Assembly: GCA_963752285.1 (NCBI GenBank)
Contig: CAVVXN010000005.1
Coordinates: 1,600,001-1,664,000, forward strand
Direction: 5' to 3'
Source of the DNA: an uncultured Planctomycetota bacterium
GTDB lineage: Bacteria > Planctomycetota > PLA2 > JAEUHO01
DNA: 64,000 nucleotides
Shown: positions 49,569 through 59,026 of the stretch, one piece after another
Numbering within the stretch: position 1 is the first letter of the stretch
How the letters are laid out: every line of letters starts with the position of its first letter
Made by a program: the position numbers and the translations under genes
Notes under the pieces: model-generated
What the model saw: the letters and a program-made list of their open reading frames with translations, nothing else
What the model was told of the DNA's origin: nothing
Databases searched by the model: none

Positions 49569-50633
49569 ATGCGGCGCCCCGTCTTCCTCTCGTCCCTGGC
49601 CCTCGCCGCCCTCGCCACCGGTCTTTGGGGCTGCGGCTCCAAGGACGACGCGCCCCTGCCGGAGGAGCTCTGGTGCTATCCGGTGTCGGCCATCATCATC
49701 AAGCGGAACGACCAACAGCCGTTCGAGGCGATCGTGCGTGCGAACAAGCTCTTCCTCGAGGCGAAGAGCGGGCGGTCGTTCGCGGACCTCGCCCGCCGGA
49801 ACAGCGACGACCCCGAGTCCGCTGCGGTCGGCGGGTTCCTGGGCTTCATGCGCCCCGCCGACGACGAAATCGTTGCCGGCGCGATCCAGGCGCTGGCGCC
49901 CGGCGTGGTCGGAGGCCCCGTTCGGACGCAACGTGCGATCGAGATCATGCTGCGCCACACCTTCGACGAGGGGCGGGAGATCGAGGCGCGGTCCACCGTC
50001 GCTGCGTACGGATTCCTCGTCCCCTGGAAGGGATCGGCGAAGGAAGCGGAGCGGACGAAGGAGGAGGCGAGACAGCTCGCCGAGTCGTTGCTCGCCGACG
50101 TGACGTCGGGCAAGAAGACCGTCGAGGACGCCGCACGCTCGGTGCTCGGCGACCGCGACGTGAAGCCGGCGGCGTACATCGGGCTGATCCGCGACGCGGA
50201 GCCGATGAAGGGCTTCTACGAGGCGCTGCGGGCCGTCCCCGTGGGCGGCTACATCCCAGTCGCCGACTACCCCGGCGGGTACTCCGTGGTGAAGCGTGGC
50301 CCGCTCGTGCGCTGCATCCTCCGGGAGATCCTGATCCAGCACGTCGAGAGCCCCTCGCGCAAGCTCAGCATCCGACGCACGAAGGCGGAGGCGAAGGAGC
50401 TCGCGGAGAAGGTCCTGTCGGAGTGCCACCGGGACGGTTCGAACTGGCCCGAGATGGTGCGTCGCTACCACGACGATCCCGGCCTCGCAGCGATCGACGG
50501 CTCGGTCGGCGTCGTGTCGAACGACCTCCCGCCGCCGATGGTGGACGTGCTGGTGGACACGCCGCCCGGCGAGGTCGCCTCGCGTCTGGCCGAGACGCCC
50601 GAGGGCTACCACATCCTCTACAAGGTGAAGTGA
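49569..50633 (+). CDS. Parvulin/PpiC-type peptidyl-prolyl isomerase lipoprotein (multi-domain)
   Basis: Lipobox LWGC; FADLARRNSDDP..GGFLG, RTKAEAKELAE, ETPEGYHIL. Confidence 0.85.
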   Translation: MRRPVFLSSLALAALATGLWGCGSKDDAPLPEELWCYPVSAIIIKRNDQQPFEAIVRANKLFLEAKSGRSFADLARRNSDDPESAAVGGFLGFMRPADDEIVAGAIQALAPGVVGGPVRTQRAIEIMLRHTFDEGREIEARSTVAAYGFLVPWKGSAKEAERTKEEARQLAESLLADVTSGKKTVEDAARSVLGDRDVKPAAYIGLIRDAEPMKGFYEALRAVPVGGYIPVADYPGGYSVVKRGPLVRCILREILIQHVESPSRKLSIRRTKAEAKELAEKVLSECHRDGSNWPEMVRRYHDDPGLAAIDGSVGVVSNDLPPPMVDVLVDTPPGEVASRLAETPEGYHILYKVK

Positions 50634-50700
50634 GCGGCGCGGCGCGGCGCGGCGCGGCGCGGCCAGAGCCTTGCTCCCGCTATACTGCGCCCGAGTCCAC

Positions 50701-50777
50701 GCCCCGGTAGCTCAGCCGGATAGAGCATCGGATTTCTAATCCGACGGTCGGGGGTTCGAGTCCCTCCCGGGGCGCCA
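50701..50777 (+). tRNA. tRNA-Arg(TCT)
   Basis: GCCCCGG acceptor, anticodon arm TCGGA-TTTCTAA-TCCGA, GGTTCGAGTCC, 3' GCCA; TATACT -10-like hexamer upstream. Confidence 0.97.
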
Positions 50778-50856
50778 CCGCATCCTCTCGCGTGCGGCGA
50801 CGGGCCCGTCTTCGGGTTGGCGGTGCGGACGTCGGGCGTCGCGAGGAGGGTCCCCC

Positions 50857-51660
50857 ATGAAGCGTCTCGTTCGGTTCGGCCTCCTGTCGATCGCGATCGG
50901 CGGCGCGTTCGCGTCCGGGCTGGGCCTCGGCGGCGCGCGCGCCGCCCCGCTCCAGGCGAGCGCGGCGCTCCAGGCGTTCGCGCTCAAGGTGAAGACGGTC
51001 CGCGAGGACGTGGACGCGACGAACAAGGCCGTCCAGGAGGCGACCGCCGCCCGCGATTGGAACGCGTGGTGGCGCACGCACGACGCGTACGTCGTCCGGC
51101 TCCGCCGCGCCGAGGACGAGATCGAGCGGGCGAGCGGCGCGCTCTTCGCCGAGACGCTCGCCGGCGGCGGCACGCTGGACCGCGCGACGTTCGAGGCCGT
51201 GGACCTCGCCGCCACCGAGGCCGCGAACTACGAGCGGCACCGCGTGATCGTCTGGGCCTACGCGTACCTCGCGCGAAACGCCGTGCCCCCCGAGAGACGC
51301 GGCGAGGCGCTGGCGCTGCTCGCGCGTCAGGGCGTCTACCAACCGAGCGCCGGGGCGGCGGGGACGGAGATCGCGCCCCGACCGGGGCCGGATCTGCTCG
51401 ACGCCCCGATGACGGGACGGGTGCCGGGGTCCCCCGAGGCGGCCGACTACCTGAGCCGATGGCAGACGGCTGCGATGCAGGCCGGCGCGAGCGCGCAGCG
51501 GGTCGCAGGGCTCGAGCGCGACCTGGCGACGACCCCCGCGGCCAGTCCGGTCCGACCCCTGGTCGAGGAGCGGCTCAAGGCCGCGCGCGCGCAGTACGGC
51601 GTCTCGGTCCGCGAGGCCCAGGGCTGGCGGGAGAAGTACTTCCGCGCCGGTGGACGGTAG
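50857..51660 (+). CDS. Hypothetical exported helical protein
   Basis: GGAGG RBS, signal peptide ending ARA, host-like codon usage. Confidence 0.7.
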   Translation: MKRLVRFGLLSIAIGGAFASGLGLGGARAAPLQASAALQAFALKVKTVREDVDATNKAVQEATAARDWNAWWRTHDAYVVRLRRAEDEIERASGALFAETLAGGGTLDRATFEAVDLAATEAANYERHRVIVWAYAYLARNAVPPERRGEALALLARQGVYQPSAGAAGTEIAPRPGPDLLDAPMTGRVPGSPEAADYLSRWQTAAMQAGASAQRVAGLERDLATTPAASPVRPLVEERLKAARAQYGVSVREAQGWREKYFRAGGR

Positions 51661-51795
51661 CCCGGCGCGCGGTCCGGCCACGCGGCCGACGGGACGCCGT
51701 ACGGACCGCGGCGGCCGGACCCAGGGCCGGGGCGCGGGGAGGGCTCCCGTACAATCCGACGGTCCCGCGCGGACGACGGCGCGGCGGCCCCCGCA

Positions 51796-53763
51796 ATGAG
51801 CGCACGCATCCGATTCCGTGGCGGCCCGCTCGCGGGCAAGGTCTACGAGTTCGACGACGACCACGCGTCGATCGTGGTGGGGCGGGATCCCGAGCGCTGC
51901 GACGTCGTCCTGCCCGCGGACTGGGTCGCGGTCGGCCGCGAGCACCTCGCGCTGCACCGGTCGCTCGGGCGGTACCGACTCGTCCTCAGCCCGAACCACG
52001 CCGTCTACCTCGACGGCGAGCGCGCGCTGAGCGACACGACCCTTCCCGACGTCGCGACCTTGACGCTCGGCGAGAACGGCCCGCGGATGGTCGTGCACAC
52101 GGTCGGCTCCGACGCCGTCCCCCCCACCCTGGAGCCCGAGGAGTCGGCGCCCGACACACCTGCGCTCCTCGTCGCCGCGATCCGCCGCTCGCGAGCGAAC
52201 CGGCGGATCCTGCTGGTCACCGCGGGCGCGCTGGTGATGCTGGCCCTCGCGGCCGTCGGCGCCCTCCACGCGACGAGCCGGCGGGTGGGCGCGGTGAGCG
52301 AGGAGCAGGCGTCCGTCCGGGGACGGCTCGCCGCGGAGTCGGAGACGCTGCGCAAGATCGAGGCGGAGCAACACGAGGTCACGGAGGGGCTGCGGTCGCG
52401 TCTCGAGGGGATGGACGCCTCCCTCGAGAAGCTCCGGCCCGACTTGACCGGGCTCCGCCAGGCCGTCGCCGGCCTCGGCCCGCGCATGCAGGGCCTGGAG
52501 GAGCGGATCCAGCGGCTTTCGCCGCGCATCCGGGAGGCGCTCCACCGGGCCGCACCGTCGGTGTACGTCGTGATCGTCCGGCGCGAGCAGGGCGACGACG
52601 TCTTCGGCACCGCGTGGGTGGGAGGTCCCGGGGTGCTCGTCACGAACGCGCACGTGGCGCGACTCTTCGAGCAGATGAAGGAGCGCCCGGACCTCGCCGA
52701 CGCGAGCCTCGTCGCGCGCTCTCCCGGCAAGGAGCCGAAGGATCACGTCGTCGAGTCGGTCGAGATCCACCCGGGCTGGCAGGCCTTCACCGCGCTGTGG
52801 GACGAGTACCGCCCGACCGACGTGGACGTCGCGGGGCGCCTGAACCCGCTCTACACGGCGGGCGCCTGCGATGTCGCCCTCCTCCACGTGAGCGATCCCG
52901 ACACGCTCGCCCCTCCGCTCGAGATCGCGCCGGAGGCCGACCTCCTCGCGCTCGACGCCGGCGACGTGGTCGGCTTCGTGGGCTACCCCGCCGAGAACAT
53001 GGCCTCGGGCGGCGTGAACCCGAGCCGGCCGATCGCGCAGACGCAGGTCGCCCACGTCACCGCCGTGACGAACTACTTCCTCGCGCCCGACGAGCCCGAG
53101 GACGCGCTCCTGGTGCAGCACTCGCTCCCCGCGACGGGCGGCGCGAGCGGCAGCCCGATCCTCGACCCGGACGGCCGGGTCGTCGCGGTACTGAACGCCG
53201 GCAACGTGACGATCGGGGGCTTCGGGCAGCGGATCCCGAGCGCCGTGCTCGTGAACTTCGCACAGCGGGCCGACCTGGTGTCGGAGCTCCTCGAGCACCG
53301 CGCCGCGGCCGCGCAGGAGGGCCGGACGAAGCGCTGGCGCGAGGGCATCCGTGTGTTCACCTCGCTCCGCGCGGCGGTCGAGAGGAACTCTCTCGACGTG
53401 GAGCGCCGGTACCTCGCCGTGGTCGAGGCGCGCGAAGGGAAGAAGCCGGAGGCGCTCGAGCAGCGCGACGGCGTGCTCGGGGCGGGACAGACGTCGCCCG
53501 AGCCCCAGACGAAGGACGAGATCCAGGTCCACCTGCCCGGGGCGGGCCTCTACGTGTTCTTCGTCTACGCGGCGATGGGCCAGAGCGTCGGCCTCGAGGC
53601 GGCTCCCGCGGCGACGCCGGACGCGCCGATCGGGACGGACCGCCGCGACCGCTGGTACGCGCTGATCGAGATGAAGGCGGACGGAGAGACGGACCTCGTC
53701 GTGCGCGTCCTCGGTCCGCGGGACACGGAGTACCGCCTCCACACGTGGCGCGTCGTGCCGTAG
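51796..53763 (+). CDS. FHA domain - TM - coiled coil - trypsin-like serine protease
   Basis: FHA VVGR...VGREH; TM helix; heptad region; catalytic TNAHV, DVALL, GASGSP. Confidence 0.88.
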   Translation: MSARIRFRGGPLAGKVYEFDDDHASIVVGRDPERCDVVLPADWVAVGREHLALHRSLGRYRLVLSPNHAVYLDGERALSDTTLPDVATLTLGENGPRMVVHTVGSDAVPPTLEPEESAPDTPALLVAAIRRSRANRRILLVTAGALVMLALAAVGALHATSRRVGAVSEEQASVRGRLAAESETLRKIEAEQHEVTEGLRSRLEGMDASLEKLRPDLTGLRQAVAGLGPRMQGLEERIQRLSPRIREALHRAAPSVYVVIVRREQGDDVFGTAWVGGPGVLVTNAHVARLFEQMKERPDLADASLVARSPGKEPKDHVVESVEIHPGWQAFTALWDEYRPTDVDVAGRLNPLYTAGACDVALLHVSDPDTLAPPLEIAPEADLLALDAGDVVGFVGYPAENMASGGVNPSRPIAQTQVAHVTAVTNYFLAPDEPEDALLVQHSLPATGGASGSPILDPDGRVVAVLNAGNVTIGGFGQRIPSAVLVNFAQRADLVSELLEHRAAAAQEGRTKRWREGIRVFTSLRAAVERNSLDVERRYLAVVEAREGKKPEALEQRDGVLGAGQTSPEPQTKDEIQVHLPGAGLYVFFVYAAMGQSVGLEAAPAATPDAPIGTDRRDRWYALIEMKADGETDLVVRVLGPRDTEYRLHTWRVVP

Positions 53764-53791
53764 CGCCGGGCCCATCGGGCGCGGCGTCGGG

Positions 53792-55834
53792 TCAGACGGT
53801 GCGGACCAGGCGGGCGAGCGCGTGCGCGACCTCCGCGGCGTTCGCGGGCCGGTCGCCTGGGTCCGTCGCGAGGAGCGACGCCACGAACCGGTCCACGGCC
53901 GGCGCGACGTCGGGTCGGAACTCGGCGAGCCGGGGCGCGGCCTCGTGGCGCAGGCGATCGAGGAAGGCGCGCGGATCGGGTGAACCGTCGGCCAGGGGCC
54001 GGAAGCCGACCATCCACTCGAAGACGATCACGCCGAGCGCGTAGAGGTCGGTCCGCCCGTCCACCGGTTCGCCGGCCGCCTGCTCGGGCGCGAGGTACGC
54101 GAGCGTCCCGGCGAGGTCCGCCTCGCGCGGATCCACGTTCGCGACGCCCATGTCCACGATCACGGGCGAGCCGTCGTCGCGGAGGATCACGTTCTCGGGC
54201 TTGAGGTCGCGGTGGACCACGCCGGCCCCGTGGAGGGCCGCGAGCGAGAACGCGAGGTTCAGAGCCACGCGTCCGACCCGCGCGAACGGGGGGTCGGGCT
54301 CGGCCTCCATCGCGACGCGGAGCGGACGGCCGGGCACGTACTCTCGGACGACGTAGAAGCCGCCGTCGTCCTCCTCGCCCACCGCGAAGACGCGCGCGAC
54401 GCCCGGGTGGCGGACGCGCGACGCCGCGAGGAGCTCGGTCCGCGCGGCGTTCGCAAGGCGCTCGCGCCGCGCGCCGTCGTAGACGCGCTCGAGGTGGAGG
54501 ACCTTCAGGGCCACCTCACGCCCACGTACGGGGTCCCAGGCCTGGTACACCTCGCCCATCTGGCCGCGGCCGAGCAGCGCGAGCGTGACGTACGCGCCGT
54601 CCGCGGGCCGGCCCCCCGCGCTCCGAGGACGCGGGGGCTCCTCGATCGCCCCCTCGACGAGCGCGAGGGACGCCATCGCCTCGTTCAAGAGCGGCAGGAA
54701 GCGCCGGTAGCCGGACGCCCGTACGCGCCGCGACGCCTCGAGGAGCGTGGTCCGCGCGCCGGCCTCGTCGCCGCGATCGAGGAGGGCGCGCGCGAGGCGC
54801 ACCCGCGCCGGGATCTCGAGGTCGAGCACGTCCGCGCGCTCGAGCGCCACGACGCCCTCCCGGAGCACCCCGAGGCCGCTCGCGTCGCCCTCCGCGAGGA
54901 GCAGGTCGCCGCGGACGGCCTGGAGCATGCCGGTTCGGTACGACGAGGCCCCGGTCGGGGCGGTCGCCTCCGCCACCTCGAGCACCTGGCGGGCCTCGCG
55001 GTTCCGCCCGTGCCGCAGGTGGAGCGCCGCGAGGTCCAGCCGCGCGAAGAACGCGATCTCCGCGTGGCCGTGGCGCTGGGCGAGGACGATGGCGCGCGCG
55101 AAGGCCTCGGCGGCCTTCGCGTCGTCTTCGAGACCCGCCCACGCCCGGCCCAGGTCCTCGTGCATGCGCGCCTGCGCGCGGAGGTCGCCCTGCTCGCGGG
55201 CGAGCGCGAGGTCGCGTTCGAAGCAGCGCACCGCGTCGCCGAAGCGCCCCGCCCGGAGCGCGACCCGGCCGAGGTTGCCGATGGTCACCGCCAGGCCCCG
55301 CCGGTCGCCGAGGACGGCCTTGTCCACCAGCGAGACGGCGAAGTAGAAGGTCGCGGCCTCGAGGCGGCCACGCGTCGCGTGCACGAGCCCGATCGAGTCG
55401 TCCACGTGGGCGCGCGCGAGGACGTTGCCCGTCTGCTCGTAGAGCCGCGCCGCCTCGAGGAGCACGGCGAGCGCGCGGCCGGTGCGCCGCAGGCGGTCGT
55501 AGGCCATGCCCATCACGTGGAGGGCGCGCGCGCGAAGCGCCGGGGCCTCGCAGCTCCGCTTCGCCACGGCCCGCGCGGCCTCGAGGACCCGCTTCAGGTC
55601 GTGGCCCTGACGCAGGTCCACGTACGCGAGCTCCAGCCGCGCCGCGTCGCCGACGACCGGGAGGGCCGCGTCGAGGTCCACGCGTGCCTCCTGGTCACGG
55701 CCGATCGCGAGGCGTGCGAGCGCGCGCGCGTAGCGCTGCTCGGCGGTCAGGGCCTCGACGTCGGCACCCTCGCGCGCGGGCGAGCGCGGCGCGGGCGGCG
55801 GAGGGACGTCGGGGGCGGGCGATCCTTCGGACAC
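53792..55834 (-). CDS. TPR-repeat protein fused to a C-terminal Ser/Thr kinase
   Basis: TPR-like helices (GLAVTIGNLGRV); LGRGQMGEVY, VALK, HRDLKPEN, DMG, GTLAYLAPE, DLYALG. Confidence 0.9.
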   Translation of the reverse strand: MSEGSPAPDVPPPPAPRSPAREGADVEALTAEQRYARALARLAIGRDQEARVDLDAALPVVGDAARLELAYVDLRQGHDLKRVLEAARAVAKRSCEAPALRARALHVMGMAYDRLRRTGRALAVLLEAARLYEQTGNVLARAHVDDSIGLVHATRGRLEAATFYFAVSLVDKAVLGDRRGLAVTIGNLGRVALRAGRFGDAVRCFERDLALAREQGDLRAQARMHEDLGRAWAGLEDDAKAAEAFARAIVLAQRHGHAEIAFFARLDLAALHLRHGRNREARQVLEVAEATAPTGASSYRTGMLQAVRGDLLLAEGDASGLGVLREGVVALERADVLDLEIPARVRLARALLDRGDEAGARTTLLEASRRVRASGYRRFLPLLNEAMASLALVEGAIEEPPRPRSAGGRPADGAYVTLALLGRGQMGEVYQAWDPVRGREVALKVLHLERVYDGARRERLANAARTELLAASRVRHPGVARVFAVGEEDDGGFYVVREYVPGRPLRVAMEAEPDPPFARVGRVALNLAFSLAALHGAGVVHRDLKPENVILRDDGSPVIVDMGVANVDPREADLAGTLAYLAPEQAAGEPVDGRTDLYALGVIVFEWMVGFRPLADGSPDPRAFLDRLRHEAAPRLAEFRPDVAPAVDRFVASLLATDPGDRPANAAEVAHALARLVRTV

Positions 55835-55870
55835 GGTGTCCCCAGGGTAGCGGGGGTAGGCTCCCGCTCC

Positions 55871-56761
55871 ATGGACCGCCGCGTTCGCGCACGCTTCGAG
55901 ATCCTCCTCGCCGCGACGCTCTTCTCGACCGGCGGGGCGGCGATCAAGGCGATCTCGCTCGGCGGCTGGCAGGTGGCGGCGGGGCGCTCCCTGTTCGGCG
56001 CGCTCGCGCTCTTCGTCCTCGTGCCCGGCGCCCGCCGCGTGTCGGTCCCGAGGACGTGGCTCGTCGCCGCGCCCTACGCGGCGACCCTGATCCTGTACGT
56101 CCAGTCGAACAAGCTCACGACCGCGGCGAACGCGATCTTCCTCCAGTCCACGGCCCCCCTCTACCTCCTCGCGATCGGCCCGCTCCTCCTCGGGGAGCGG
56201 ATCCGGCGCGCGGACCTGGTCTACATGGCGGCGCTCGCGACCGGCCTGGCCCTCTTCCTCGCGGGGCTCGAGCCGCCGCAAAGGACGGCGACGGACCCGG
56301 CGCTCGGAAACGTGCTCGCCGCGGTATCGGGACTCACCTGGGCGTTGACCGTTGCCGGGCTGAGGAGCCTCGCCCGGCCCGGCGCAGGGGGCGGCGAGGC
56401 GCGGGAGGCCCCGGCGGCGGCCGCCGCGGCCCAGGGGAACCTCCTCGTCGTCCTCGTCGCGCTGCCGTTCGCGCTGCCCCTCGCGGGCGCGAGCTTCTCG
56501 GACCTCCTCGGTGTCGCCTACCTGGGCACGTTCCAGATCGGGCTCGCGTACGTCTTCCTGGTCCGGGGCGTCCGCGACGTGTCGGCGCTCGAGGGGGGCC
56601 TCCTCCTGCTCCTCGAGCCGGTCCTGAACACCCTGGCGAGCTGGCTGGTCAACGGCGAGGTCCCGGGTCTGCTCGCGCGGGCCGGGGCGGGGGTGATCCT
56701 GGTCGCCACGGCGGCGCACGCGGTCCACACCCGGCGCCGCGCGCGCCCCGGCCCCGCCTGA
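55871..56761 (+). CDS. EamA/DMT family transporter
   Basis: TTAANAIFLQSTAP, LLGER, LLEPVLN; about 10 TM helices. Confidence 0.9.
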   Translation: MDRRVRARFEILLAATLFSTGGAAIKAISLGGWQVAAGRSLFGALALFVLVPGARRVSVPRTWLVAAPYAATLILYVQSNKLTTAANAIFLQSTAPLYLLAIGPLLLGERIRRADLVYMAALATGLALFLAGLEPPQRTATDPALGNVLAAVSGLTWALTVAGLRSLARPGAGGGEAREAPAAAAAAQGNLLVVLVALPFALPLAGASFSDLLGVAYLGTFQIGLAYVFLVRGVRDVSALEGGLLLLLEPVLNTLASWLVNGEVPGLLARAGAGVILVATAAHAVHTRRRARPGPA

Positions 56762-56780
56762 CGAAGCCGGGCGGCCGGGG

Positions 56781-57131
56781 TCAGGACACCTGTACGGCCG
56801 CGGCCTCCGTGTCGTAGGCCTGCACGACGTCGAGGATGCCGCAGATGTCGAGGACGCGCCGGACCTTCGGGGGGACGGAGGCGAGGACCAGGGTCCGATT
56901 CGCGTTCCGGGCGCTGGTGAAGGCCGCGGCGATCACGCCGACGCCGGCGCTGGTGATGTACTCGAGGTGCTCCAGGTTCAGTACGACCCGCTCGGGCCCG
57001 TCCTTCACCCGCTGGCGCAGCTCCTCCCCGAACTCGTACGAGTACGTGCTCTCCCCCAGGATCCCGCTCAACCGGTAGACGAGGCTCTTCCCGTCCTGAC
57101 TGGAGATGTGCTCGACGTCGAGATGGCTCAT
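56781..57131 (-). CDS. STAS-domain anti-sigma factor antagonist
   Basis: VVLNLEHLEYITSAGVGVI phosphorylatable-Ser motif; VRRVLDICG. Confidence 0.9.
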   Translation of the reverse strand: MSHLDVEHISSQDGKSLVYRLSGILGESTYSYEFGEELRQRVKDGPERVVLNLEHLEYITSAGVGVIAAAFTSARNANRTLVLASVPPKVRRVLDICGILDVVQAYDTEAAAVQVS

Positions 57132-57173
57132 GGGCAGGGACTCCGACCCAAGAACCTACCAGCCCCCCCGCCC

Positions 57174-57492
57174 CTGCCAAGCGCCCAAAGCACCCCCCGC
57201 GCCAATGCCAAGCGCGCAAAGCGCGCAAGGCAAGGCCCCCCCGCCAATGCCAAGCGCGCAAAGCGCGCAAGGCAAGCCCCCCCGCCAATGCCAAGCGCGC
57301 AAAGCGCGCAAGGCAAGCCCCCCCGCCAATGCCAAGCGCGCAAAGCGCGCAAGGCAAGCCCCCCCCGCCAATGCCAAGCGCGCAAAGCGCGCAAGGCAAG
57401 CCCCCCCCGCCAATGCCAAGCGCGCAAAGCGCGCAAGGCGAGGCCGTCGCGCCAATGCCGAGCGCGCGAAGCGCGCAAGGCGAGGCCCCCCG
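57174..57492. repeat. Tandem array of seven 41-42-bp imperfect palindromic (REP-like) units plus a partial copy
   Basis: Unit GCCAATGCCAAGCGCGCAAAGCGCGCAAGGCAAG(C)7-8 starting at 57201, 57243, 57284, 57325, 57367, 57409, 57451. Confidence 0.95.
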
Positions 57493-57507
57493 CGCCCCCC
57501 AGCGGCG

Positions 57508-57612
57508 TCCGGGGGGCTGAGAGCGTCGCGGAGTGGCCATGACGACGACGCCGCGTGCGAATGCACGCAAGGAGGAGGAAGGGTCGCTCAGCGGCGCTCT
57601 CAGCCCCCCGGA
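57508..57612. repeat. 105-bp long hairpin / inverted-repeat element
   Basis: 22-bp arms TCCGGGGGGCTGAGAGCG(T/C)CGC with internal GACGACGAC/GAGGAGGA loop and apical GCGTGC-gaat-GCACGC. Confidence 0.75.
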
Positions 57613-57613
57613 G

Positions 57614-58864
57614 TCAGAGCCAGCCGCGGTCGCGGACGGCGGCCGCCACGCGCTGAACGGCCACGAGATAAGCCGCCAGCCGCATGTGCACCTTCTCCCG
57701 CTCCGCCATGTCGTTCACGGCGTGGTACGCGGCCGTCATCTTCTGGTCGAGGCGCTCGTGGACGAGTCCGATCGGCCAGTAGTAGTTGTACGTGTTCTGC
57801 ACCTGCTCGAAGTACGAAACGGTGACGCCACCCGCGTTCGCCATGAAGTCGGGCAGGACGTACACGCCCTTGTCGTAGAGGATCTTGTCGGCCTCGGGCG
57901 TGGTCGGGCCGTTCGCGAGCTCGCAGATCATCTTCGCCTTGATCCGCCCGGCGTTCTCGGCGGTGATCGCGTTCTCGAGCGCGCTCGGGTAGAGCACGTC
58001 CACGCCGAGCTCCAGGAGGTCGGCGTTCGTCACGGGGTCGGCGCCCGGGTAGCCGGTGACGCTGCCGTGCTCGCGCTTGTACTGGACGACCGATTGGGGA
58101 TCGAGGCCCTTCTCCGAGTAGATGCCGCCGCGGCTGTCGCTGACGGCGAGCAGGCGCGACGGGCCGAGGATCTCGTGGTGCAGCGTGGCCGCGAACTGGC
58201 CAGCGTTCCCGAAGCCCTGTACGGCGAAGCTCGCCCTCGACCAGTCGATGCCGCGGAGCTTCCCCGCCTCGCGGACGCAGTAGACGCCGCCGCGCGCGGT
58301 CGCGTCCATGCGACCGAGGGACCCGCCGAGGGTCAGGGGCTTCCCGGTGATGACGCCGGGATGGGCCTCGCCGAGGAGCGTCTCGTACTCGTCCAGCATC
58401 CAGGCCATGATCTGGGGGTTCGTGTACACGTCGGGCGCGGGGACGTCCTTCGTGACGCCGAGGACGCGGCCGACCGCGCGGATGTACGCGCGCGCGAGGC
58501 GCTCCTGCTCGGCGTGCGAGAGCTCCTTCGGGTTGCAGGTGACGCCGCCCTTGCCGCCGCCGAGGGGGATGTCCACGACGGACGTCTTCCAGGTCATCCA
58601 CGCGGCGAGCGCGCGGACGGTGTCGATCGTCTCGTCGGGATGCCAGCGGAGCCCGCCCTTCGTGGGACCGCGCGCGGAGTTGTACTGCACACGGTAGCCG
58701 TGGAAGATACGCGTGTGCCCGTCGTCCATCCGGACGGGCAGGGTGACGTGGTACTCCCTCAGTGGCCAGCGCAGGAGCTCCCGCATCGCATCGTCGAGTC
58801 CGAGCTTCTCGGCGGCTTCGTCGAACTGGCGCTGGGCGATCGTGAAGGGGTTCAGGTCCGACAT
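57614..58864 (-). CDS. gdhA: Glutamate dehydrogenase (Glu/Leu/Phe/Val DH family)
   Basis: GPTKGGLR, GGGKGG, DVPAPD, TGKP, GFGNAG, ANGP, NAGGVTVSYFE. Confidence 0.95.
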   Translation of the reverse strand: MSDLNPFTIAQRQFDEAAEKLGLDDAMRELLRWPLREYHVTLPVRMDDGHTRIFHGYRVQYNSARGPTKGGLRWHPDETIDTVRALAAWMTWKTSVVDIPLGGGKGGVTCNPKELSHAEQERLARAYIRAVGRVLGVTKDVPAPDVYTNPQIMAWMLDEYETLLGEAHPGVITGKPLTLGGSLGRMDATARGGVYCVREAGKLRGIDWSRASFAVQGFGNAGQFAATLHHEILGPSRLLAVSDSRGGIYSEKGLDPQSVVQYKREHGSVTGYPGADPVTNADLLELGVDVLYPSALENAITAENAGRIKAKMICELANGPTTPEADKILYDKGVYVLPDFMANAGGVTVSYFEQVQNTYNYYWPIGLVHERLDQKMTAAYHAVNDMAEREKVHMRLAAYLVAVQRVAAAVRDRGWL

Positions 58865-59026
58865 GCGTCTTCTCCCGGGTGTGACTCCTCCCCGAAGGGA
58901 TGCGCCCAGGATGGACCCGGATCGGGAAGCCGGGGTCCACTTTCCCGGTGCTCGCCGGCCCGATCGGGAGGCGTGCGCGATCCGGGCGACGGTGGGGCCC
59001 CGCCGCCGCCGGCATACGATGCGCGG

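Noticed and set aside
50634..50662. GCGGC pentamer microsatellite before tRNA-Arg
   Set aside because: Short low-complexity GC run with no evident function.
57174..57492. CRISPR array
   Set aside because: Units are contiguous with no unique spacers, and there are no cas genes in the window.
56518..57825. Repeat-derived ORFs (MPSAQSAQGK..., ANAKRAKRARQ...)
   Set aside because: Unit length alternates between 41 and 42 bp, so no frame is preserved; these are translations of the non-coding array.
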